Shown here one piece after another: positions 54,557-64,000 of a stretch of 64,000 nt of DNA (the stretch's first letter is position 1; every line of letters begins with the position of its first letter). Source of the DNA: Proteromonas lacertae (taxonomy: Eukaryota); assembly GCA_002245135.1 (NCBI GenBank), contig NGBS01000587.1, positions 1-64,000 on the forward strand, read 5' to 3'. Under the pieces are notes generated by a model. That model saw only the letters and a program-made list of their open reading frames with translations. It was not told the DNA's origin and ran no database searches. The position numbers and the translations under genes are program-made.

Positions 54557-55357
54557 ATGGTATTCATTATTTTGTGTTTATTGAGTTTGTCAATATGTAG
54601 TAAATCTAATAAAAACATTATTGATAATGATGTTTATAAAACTAAATACTTGGATTTGTTGGAGATGCTTCTTCTCAACCTAATGTATGAAGATAATGCA
54701 GAAAAATTAATTGACGGTAGTATTCATCCAAAGCATGCCTTGACAATGATAGGTAAACGTCGAATGGATAATATAAAAGATTTATTAGTTGAAACAATAA
54801 ATAACAACATAGAAGGAGATGTATTAGAAGCAGGCTGTTGGAGAGGAGGAGCAATGATGTATGCCAGAGCGATTCTTGATGCTTATGAAGAGAAGAGTCG
54901 AAAAGTGTATTGTTGTGATTCTTTTGAAGGAATTCCTAGAATGGATGATTCTGTATATTTAATGGATAGAAATGCATATAAATATGAAATATTGAATAAT
55001 AATCCAGTAGAGAAAGTAATAAAGAATTTCAATAAACTTGGTTTAAATGAAGGAAGTATTTTAGTGAAAGGTTATTTTCACAATACATTTCCAAAACTAA
55101 AATTAAACAAATTGTCAATATTAAGACTAGATGGAGATACATATAACAGTACATATATTTCATTACTTTATTTATATCCAAAACTGTCAATTGGTGGTTA
55201 TATTATAATTGATGATTATATTGAATGGCCAGGATGTAGAGATGCAACTACTAAGTATAGAAATGAGAATAATATAACAGAAACTATATATCTTGTTCAT
55301 TACGAAGCTGGAGAATTTATAAGAGGAGTTTATTGGAGAAAAGAAAAGAATGTATAA
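54557..55357 (+). CDS. TylF/NovP-family O-methyltransferase, copy 2
   Basis: 266 aa; four substitutions versus copy 1 (L>V, E>D, I>V, N>Y). Confidence 0.9.
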   Translation: MVFIILCLLSLSICSKSNKNIIDNDVYKTKYLDLLEMLLLNLMYEDNAEKLIDGSIHPKHALTMIGKRRMDNIKDLLVETINNNIEGDVLEAGCWRGGAMMYARAILDAYEEKSRKVYCCDSFEGIPRMDDSVYLMDRNAYKYEILNNNPVEKVIKNFNKLGLNEGSILVKGYFHNTFPKLKLNKLSILRLDGDTYNSTYISLLYLYPKLSIGGYIIIDDYIEWPGCRDATTKYRNENNITETIYLVHYEAGEFIRGVYWRKEKNV

Positions 55358-55556
55358 TAATAATTGAAATACATTATTTATGTTTATTTTTTATATTTTT
55401 TAAAAACATAACCCCAAACAACAACCAAATTAAATATACATACCATACTTATTTGAATTATTTTATAGAATGAGAAAAAAATGAATAATTAGAAATGATA
55501 AAAAAATATAAAATATATAATTAATCTTCTTTAACTGTTACTAACATTGTTATATT

Positions 55557-57184
55557 CTAATCTGAATCTAAATCTTCATCATCTTCAAATATTTTACCAT
55601 TAGAACCATTCTTTCCTGATATTTCCTTATTCTCTTTTTTATTATTTTCTTTTACCTCTTTCTTATTTTCTTTTACTTCCTTTTTCTCTTCTTGTACTTC
55701 TTTTTTCTTCTCTTCTTTCTCCTCTTTTTTATCTTCTTTCTTTTCTTCTTTTACTTTCTTTTTCTCTTCTTTCTCCTTTTCTTCTTTCTTAATATCTTTA
55801 TCATCTTCTTTCACATCTTCCTTCTTTTCTTCCTCTTTTTTCCCCTCTTTCTTTTCTTCCTTCTTTTCTTCTTTTACCTCTTTCTTCTCCTTTTTATCTT
55901 TCTTTACTTCTTTTTTATTCTTTTCATCTTTCTCTTTGTCTTTATTATCTTCACTGCTATCATCATCATCATCTTCTTCTTCTTCTTCCATTTTATTAAT
56001 CTTTTCATTCTTTCTTAATCTTCTTTCTAATTCATCTCATCTACATCCTCATCGCCTTCTTCTTCATCCATTTCTTTTATTTGTTCTTCAGCTCTTTCTA
56101 AGGCTTTCTTCAACGAAGCATTCTCCTCTTTTATTTTTCTAAAGTTATCTTTGAATTCTTCAATTTCCTTACGATAATTTCTATTTTCAGTTTCTAATTG
56201 TAAAAGTCTTTGTTTGGACATTGCTTCTACTGCACTTAGTGAAGATCTTGATTCTCTTTCCTGTTTCTTTAATTCTTGTTCGTGCATATCCATTGTGTTA
56301 GATAATGTTGCTTCTAATTGATTATTTTTTGCTTCTAATTCTGTAATTCTTCGCTGAAGTTGGATTTTTTCATTTTTTAAAAGATTTAAATCAATTTTAA
56401 ACTACATATATATATTTTTATAATAATAATAATAATAATATATATATATATATATATACAGCATTTAAACTTATTGTATATTCTGCATCTTTCTTTTGCA
56501 TTTCTTCTAATAGTTTTTCTGCATTACTATCTATTGAGAGTGGATTTGATCTTTGAACCTATTTCATAATATTATATATATATATATATATATACTTTTG
56601 TTGATTCTTCAGTTTTTTGTTTCTTTTTTGGCTCTGAATCTTCAAATTCTGATGATCTTTTCTTTGATTCATGTTTATAATTCTTAAAACATCTGTGACA
56701 GTATAATTTATTATCTATTGTAGTTGGATTTTCTGGTTTTATAAATGCACATTTGTGTTTACAACTTGTACATGTTTTTGGTTCGCCGTATTTCTCTTTG
56801 TGACGTTTACATATATCACAGATATCTCCATTGAAAGCACTTCGATTATCACAGTATTTACAATGTTTTGGTTCACCGTATTTCTTTTTATTCTCTTTAC
56901 ATTTTTGACATATAGGTTTTGGATCTTTTGCATTTTTCTTTAATATATGAAAGTCTAATTTGCAGTAAGGACATATTGATCTAGGAAGTGTTCTATTTAA
57001 AATGTATTATTTCTTCTGAAAATACTTTATGCATTCAGAACAGAGTCTCTCATTGTAAACATTACCTCTATTATACTTAACAAATTCTATAAATACTTTT
57101 CATATTCACGCTTTTTACAATTTTTACATACTATAAAGTATAAATATTCCAATTGATACTAGTTTTATGAGGTTTATTTTCCAT
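55557..57184 (-). CDS. FAM76: FAM76-family Cys-rich protein with coiled coil and Lys/Glu-rich tail (multi-exon; probable 1-nt indel near 56037)
   Basis: CQKC..KKYGEPKHCKYC..SAFNGDICDIC..EKYGEPKTCTSCKHKCAF..LYCHRC in a frame not shown by the ORF track, followed by coiled coil and K/E low complexity. Confidence 0.8.
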
Positions 57185-57301
57185 AAAAACGAGAAAAATA
57201 AAAAAATAATTCTTTAATTTAAAAATGGCTTGAATATAGGTTCGAAAAGTGAAACGAATATTTAATTTTTAATTCAATATAATCATATTTACAAATAGAA
57301 T

Positions 57302-58205
57302 ATGAATATACACAAGATAAAATTATCTAAGGAGGTTGGAGAATTACTTGAAGCCAGTAAAAATAAAATATCTATAAAAGTTTCGGAAGATAGTTCAGTA
57401 TACAAGAATATTATATGTAATAGATTTTGAGTATTGGAAATAAATCGTATAAACTAAATGAAAAGAAAATTGAACCTATTTTAGCTTGTGATCAAGAATT
57501 ACAAGATGATCAATTGAAAATTGTATATATTTCTAATATATATATTATAGATTGGCACAGTAAATCAATGTTACGAAATTAAAGAAGAAAATGGAGAAGA
57601 AGAAAGAATTACATATAAAGAAGCTGCTGTTAGTATTATTATTAGAAATATCCTAACTAGAAAGACAAAAAAGTTCTACAAAAGGTAAACCAGCAAAATC
57701 TAGGAAAATATCACCACCAGTCAGAGAATCCTCCTTTAATAACTAAATCAAGTGGATTAGTAAAGAACAATAGTATATATTTAAATTATATACACTATAA
57801 ATAGTCAGTGTATCAGAATTAAAAGAACTAGAAGCTGTTTTAACTCCATCAGAATTAGATTTTCTAGTAAACCCTGATATACTACAAGAAGTATTGAAAT
57901 ATAAAATAACAACCCATAAACAACCCAAAACAAAAGAAGATGTAATGAAGTTAGTTCATTGTTTCAATGAAATATATCCTCTATATGCAAATGTATATGA
58001 AGCATTATATGATAATAAACAATTATTTACAAGATTAAATGAGTTATATAAAGTTAATAATCAATATAAAAAGCAAATAGAGAAAAGAATAATTGAATTA
58101 TATCAGATAAGGAAAGATGAAGTAGTTCAATGTCAGAAAACATTAGTTGATTTACAAACAGAAGTTAATCAATTGAATAATTTAATAACACAGTATAAAA
58201 CATGA
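57302..58205 (+). CDS. Occludin/ELL-domain protein (ELL elongation factor-like, multi-exon)
   Basis: C-terminal helical region FNEIYPLYANVY...LFTRLNEL...LNNLITQYK fits the occludin/ELL domain pattern; short GT-AG introns. Confidence 0.5.
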
Positions 58206-58285
58206 TTTATTTGAGTTTACATTATTTGACTGATTTTTACCAAGCTTTTTGTAATTTGTTTGAATTATTCTTTTGGATTTAGTGA

Positions 58286-59486
58286 ATGTTCTGCAGGGTT
58301 CAGAGACAAATAAAAACAATTTTCAATAACAACATAAAAAGATATATTACACAGAATGATACGTATATTATTATACTCCATTTTCTAGATTATGTGTTTC
58401 TTCATCCGTAGTTCAACCTCAAGAATGTTCCGCTGCAAAATTAATGTGGGGATCTAATCTTTTATCTCATATCGCCAATATATCAACAGTTTCATGTTCA
58501 AAGTTATTCCATCGTTGTGCAATTTTACGTTCTATCATTTATTCAGATTTTAAAAAGCCAATTTTCGTAGGTAGAATAATAAATATTAACGTATTTGTAA
58601 ATCCCTCTTTCTATGTTTAGTCTCGAATATGCAATATAACCAAGCATACAGCGACTGTAGAGTCAATAGTAAGATCCAGAAATTTCAAGGAACCAGAGAC
58701 ACAAATAAGAAATCACACTTTAATGACATATCTTTAAAGATTAATACATATGTTATTCTTAATTATAAATAATTTTGTATGTACAGATATAGATTTGAAT
58801 AAAGGAGAGTTTGATCCTATATCATTTATTACGCCAACTCAACAAAAGATGTATTCATTGATTTTTTAACTGTTATTTATTGCTATAGAAATGAATTAGT
58901 GAATAAATGGATAAAACAGTCAAAAGAAATGGAACATTATGAATTTCAAAAATCTCAAAAAGAAATCTTCGATATTACACTAACAACTCCACCATTTGAT
59001 ACATCCCTATCCTATTCAGAATTAAATTATATCGTTCAACCGAAAGATCTTAATTGTTACCAAATATGTAATAGTCAATTGTTAATGTCATTGGTTGAAC
59101 AAAGTGGTAGAAACAGTTGTACAAAAATATCTCGTATATTAACAATATACAATTTATTATAACTAGGATCAAGATGTTTATTAAGATGTGTAAGATCTTT
59201 TAATTTCAATAGTCCAATAAAATGTAATGAAATAATTACAGTAAGAACACAAGTAACTAGATCATTTTATCATAGTATGGAAGTAGCAGTTGAAATTAGA
59301 AGTAGAAATGTTGAAAATCCATCAAAAGAGAAAATTGTAGCGAATGGATTTTTAACATACATACCAGTTGATTTTCAAGAAAGACCAAGAAGATGTCCAA
59401 AGCTGATGGCAAAGAATAGATATGATATTAAACACATTAAATTAGCTGAAGAGAGGAAAGTATTTATAAGAAATGAAATTAATTGA
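58286..59486 (+). CDS. Double hot-dog acyl-CoA thioesterase, probably mitochondrial (multi-exon)
   Basis: Two repeats: VVQPQEC..FKKPIFVG..TLMTFVC and IVQPKDLN..FNSPIKCNE..TRSFYHSMEVAVEI..GFLTYIPVD...P. Confidence 0.8.
58728..58772 (+). other. U12-type AT-AA intron (45 nt) in thioesterase
   Basis: 5' ATATCTTT, branch TTCTTAAT (58756-58763); removal deletes a stop and restores hot-dog strand HTLMT|FVCTD. Confidence 0.75.
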
Positions 59487-59549
59487 TTTATATTGTATTG
59501 CTTTCGATTTGGGATTGTTATATAACAACAAAATGAATAGATTCAAGAA

Positions 59550-62500
59550 TTAGTATATAAATGGATATTTCTTTTCTATTTCAGCTTTTGTATCATCCGG
59601 CAATACACCTGTTCCTGTTTTGATTATATTGCAATAAGCAAAAACATTGATGCCAGTTTTCATTGCTTCCATAAATTCTGTTAATTTATCTGACTGAACT
59701 TCAGCACAAATCCAAATCTTAGCTCTTCCTGAAATACAATATAAAAAGAATATAGTCTTATCAAGATTCTCCACTGGATATTTTCTACACAAAATAATAT
59801 AATCATTATGTATTAATTTCTTTGAATCTGATATTGAATAATCTAAATACTCAAACAATCCTTCTTTACCAAATAAATTACCAAGTAAGCCAAGATTAAC
59901 TAGAAATGGGAGGTTATATAATTCTTTGTTTAATATTTTAATTCCATTATATTCAATGAGATTTCCATCCAATAATAAAACTTCAAGTTTTGAAATATAA
60001 GCAAAACTGGAAGAAAGAGGAATCATTCCTTCATTAGCTAATTTATTCTCTATTAATGAACAAAAATAATATATATAAATAATACTTGAAATATCAAGTT
60101 GTTTTAGTTTATTCAGACAAATTAATCCTTCTCTTAAAATAGTCATAGTTGAGGGATTAATATCACATTCTACGAAATTTATTATATAATGATAAAATAA
60201 AAATATATACTTATTAGACTCAATTCTTCAATATTCACTAATATCTTTAACACAATTGAAAATTGTTTCATTATTAACGAATTAAAGTTACATCTTAATA
60301 ACTTCAGCTTTTTTAAACTCAAATTATTCATCAGACTATGTGGTAATTGTGCTAAAGCATCATATTTTTCAACATTTCTCATGGTAAGTTCTTCTAATTT
60401 TGTGGCTGAAGATAATGATGAGATTAATTGCTTTCCATTGTTACTACTTAATTTACTACCTAAAAAGAAAGATTAATAACAATTACTATACATGTAAATG
60501 ATATTTTCTTGATTGATGGCGAATCACATAAAAATGATTCAATACCTTTCACTGCATTGCGATTCATTTGTAGATAATCATAAAGAAATGATTCAATAGA
60601 AGGACAATATTCGGATATTTTATCTGATAATTTCATTAGTGCTTCACCTTTGATTCCACTATCTAATCAAAATATTATACATATATATATATACTGCTTA
60701 TATTCAGATATTTTAAATTAGTAAAATATTGAATTGAATTTTCAAGATATTTACATCCTTCTTTAATAGCATTTCCTATTAAAATGAATGATACATAAAT
60801 ACTAGAAAGATCAATTTCTTCTAAGTTGCTTAAACCTGATAAATTCTCAAATGTTTTACTAAATAATTCATAATAAATTTCATCATCTATTTTTATTTGA
60901 TTATCGTTAATTAACAACTTCTTTATAGTTTTTTTGTTCTTTATAAAACGACTTAAATGATAAAACCCTTCATTCGTTATACTTGCTCTATTAACATTCA
61001 ATTCTTCCAGGTTTGTAAGATAATTACTATTTTCTGCTCTATAAAAGAGATAATACACTCCATCATCTTTAATGTCATTTCCTATAATATTCAAATGATG
61101 AATATATATGTAATACTATAAATAGAAAAGACCTTTAGCTTTTGTAAGTTGTATATTGTTTCACCTAAATCATCCATTGACACTTCAGTCAATTGATTTC
61201 CACCTAAATTCAATACTTCTAAATTAACCATGTTCTTAAATGATTTGCACATTTCAATTAGCATTATATCAACCATATTTAGATCAGATAAACATAGGTT
61301 TTTTAAACTTACTAATTTGTTCATAACACTAAATAGATATTTTCCAGATTTTATTACAAGTTTTCTTTCTTCTAATTCTACCAAGCTTAATGGTTTGTCT
61401 GTTATTTCTGCATATTGTTTCTTCTCATATTCATCAGTTGAGTTTATTAAAGAAGCTATAACAGCAAATAATAATAATAACAAAAATAGATACATGCAAG
61501 TTTGAATTTTTCAAGCTTAGTCATATTTGTTAATCCATTCAATAAATCAATCTGAAATTCACATAATTTCAATGCATTGGCTATAATAAACAAATTGAAT
61601 ATAACAATAATAATACATTGGATATTCAGTTTCTTTACATTAACACAACTATTGAGAATCAATTTCAACCCTTCACACCATTTCGTAATATTCAAAAACT
61701 GCATATGATATTCTCTTGTACATCTTAGATTGAGATATTCAACATTTACATTTCTCTTTAATACATTTGCTAGGAGTTTTTGTGTTGTAAAAGTCATTAA
61801 ATTATCTATTAAATTAAAAAAAAAATAATATTATACTTCTAAAATTGGCATATTCCAAAGTTGTATAATTCTGTATTCCTTGAACAATATGTCTCATATT
61901 CAAACAGGAAATACAATTCTTACTGAAGTTCAATATTTTCACTTTATTTAAACAACTTAATAGTAGTGAAAATAATACACATTCATATAATGACAAAATT
62001 GGTATTTCTATTATTATATACATAATTACTTAATACTATTCTTCATATTAACTTCTTCAGTATTTCTATCTCTAAATACTTCATCAAATACTTCAACCGG
62101 TAATGGATAACTTAGAACATTATTAATTATTTTATTCTTTCCTTTTCGTTGTATTGTTTCATAGAATAAGTCTTTTAGTCTTTCATATTCTTCATTGGAT
62201 GCTTCTTTTATTCCATCTATTTGTGATATAATATAATATAATATAATACTAAGTGTGACTTTATTCAAAAAACAAACACTTAAATAGTATTTTGTATCTT
62301 CATCTTTAACATTTTGAACAATATTTATGTAATCTGAATATGATGATAAATCTGATATTACTGGATATTCATAATATGCTAATTTGTAGAATTCTTTTTT
62401 TATTATCACATTTACTGTAATGATTGGCGGTTTGAATATATTACTGTGTTTTAATAGTAAATCAAATACATTCAAATCATTATCTGCATTTTTTAAATCT

Positions 62501-63077
62501 TTTATTATTGGAATATATTTAGAAAGATAATTTATTTTAGAATTTTCTATATACTCTTCCAATACATTTCCAAGCATTACAAAATCAGTTTTATATTGAA
62601 ATAATGGCTTGAGTTTTTTAACTGAATCTAATGGAATATCAAAACCAGATTTTAGAAGTGTATCATTGTTATATATGTAATATTTCCCACTATCTGATAA
62701 TTTATACCCATTTGCAGATTGTAGAATGTTATTAGACTTTACAGAAGTGTGACATAAACCACATTCATGTAGAAAATGCAATGCATTTAATACCGGATAT
62801 AACCACATCATTAAGTGCTATTAACGAATTATAGAATGATAGTAATACCTCTTCTGTCCTTTCTCTCATTGGAACAGAACTTAGATTTCTATTACATTTT
62901 ACTGTAGAATAATATAAATAACTATCGTCTTTAATAGTTCTACAGTACTGATTGAGGTAATCTGTTTCGAAATTCACAATCGAGTATATCTATGGCTATA
63001 TAAAAGTAAAATACATAAAATTCGTTTGGAGTTCTTGTCAGTCCTATTGGAATTATGGTCTTTACATACTCCATCAT
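59550..63077 (-). CDS. Pseudokinase + RNI-like leucine-rich repeat protein (many introns)
   Basis: WLYPVLNALHFLHECGLCHTSVKSNNIL..YKLSDSG (HRD and DFG degenerate); many LxxLxLxxN repeats, several with an intron near the consensus Asn. Confidence 0.75.
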
Positions 63078-63158
63078 TAAAATATTCTTAATACAAAAAC
63101 TATGAAACGGTAATAATTTTCAAAACAAAAAACTAAGTGACATAAATACAAATTTAAC

Positions 63159-64000
63159 TTAAAATAATGGTGTCTGTCCCATATTCAAAGGCACAGTTCT
63201 TTGCATTGTATTATTGTCTTTTGTATAACACAAATTTGACATACTATTTATTGTTGAAGTTTTATCTTTATTCCAGTCTTCCAATAACCTCTGTTTCTTC
63301 ATCTCACATCTATATCTTTCGATACACCCATTCTTCAATGTTCCTCTTTCACACAATTCGGGTGTATTTAATTCAACTTTTTCTGGCTCAAGTCTGATGT
63401 AATTTCTATTCAATATTCCTCCATTACGTTTCATCATATAATCAATTCTTTCATTCTTTTCATTATAACTAGGAGGCCAATTCTAATAATAAATATATTC
63501 AATATTAATCTATACTTTTTGTGTTTTAGATATAAAGCCATGTTGAATTAATGCTGTTGTGCCTGGTGGAGCTGGTTTTAAATGAGCTCTTTGCTCCTTC
63601 ACGGGGATTTCTCTTTGCCATGGTGCAATTACTTTAGCACTATCAGCATTGTATGTAGATGATTGTGAATTGGATGATTTGATGGTACAATTTGGATTAA
63701 GATTGGAATTATAGTTATTTGGATATAGTTTTACTCCTCTTTGTGTGATTTCTGTTCCACATTCTAATAATCTTTCAGGAAAATGTTTCTTTTCTATAAG
63801 AATTGGCTAAATATATATATTATACCTGTTGTTGTATCAGGTGGAAGTTCTTGTTTAACATGCTTCATTCCTCTTGGTTGCCATTCATAATCATAATTAG
63901 GTTTCTATAATAAATGAGACAATTCATACTCTAAAAGATTTTTGTGGTTTATATTCATTTAGAGGACTATTGCAGAATTGAGGGAATCCACCTTCACCAA
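63159..64000 (-). CDS. Hypothetical protein, 3' part (multi-exon, continues beyond window)
   Basis: Open frame across GT-AG introns near 63483-63515, 63807-63825 and 63905-63930; no recognised domain. Confidence 0.55.

Larger units (their letters stand above)
49934..55363 (+). repeat. Right arm of ~5.4 kb inverted duplication
   Basis: Reverse complement of ~17642-23066. Confidence 0.97.

Noticed and set aside
55692..56142. Phe/Leu-rich + strand ORFs that resemble membrane proteins
   Set aside because: Antisense shadows of the Lys/Glu-rich FAM76 tail.
15784..59550. Stop codons created by polyadenylation (Blastocystis TGTTTGTT system)
   Set aside because: Every gene modelled has a genomic stop; only loose TGTTT-like tracts occur downstream, which is insufficient without transcripts.
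4114..64000. Alternative genetic code or stop readthrough to explain fragmented ORFs
   Set aside because: Stops fall inside introns, and long intronless genes translate cleanly with the standard code.
1..64000. CRISPR arrays, rRNA or tRNA genes
   Set aside because: No repeat-spacer array or recognisable structured RNA seen by eye; small RNAs cannot be excluded without covariance-model searches.

Overview
Very AT-rich, gene-dense eukaryotic DNA with many ~25-40 nt GTAT...TAG introns. It is a protist, and the tiny introns plus minor-class introns suggest a Blastocystis-like stramenopile (inference, not proven). Standard genetic code. Contents: a decayed hAT transposon; two paralogous giant (~3,800 aa) class C GPCR-like receptors, each with a signal peptide, nine tandem bacterial UrtA/AmiC-type ligand-binding domains and a 7TM domain; a ~5.4 kb inverted duplication of an ABCB exporter plus TylF-type O-methyltransferase cassette; a Pdr5-like ABCG; SAM synthetase; housekeeping genes (THOC7, Ulp1-type protease, MMAA, RBMX2, FAM76, ELL-like, acyl-CoA thioesterase); and kinase-LRR genes. 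Main highlights: (1) the nine-flytrap receptors; (2) six short U12-type introns (5' ATATC(C/T/A)T, branch resembling CTTAAT) that the ORF track cannot see, with predicted AC, AA or AT ends, four of them in one receptor paralogue; (3) the inverted cassette with homogenised coding sequence, diverged promoters and a 44-bp micro-inversion. Several single-base frameshifts may be assembly errors. All family calls come from motif recognition by eye, not database searches.
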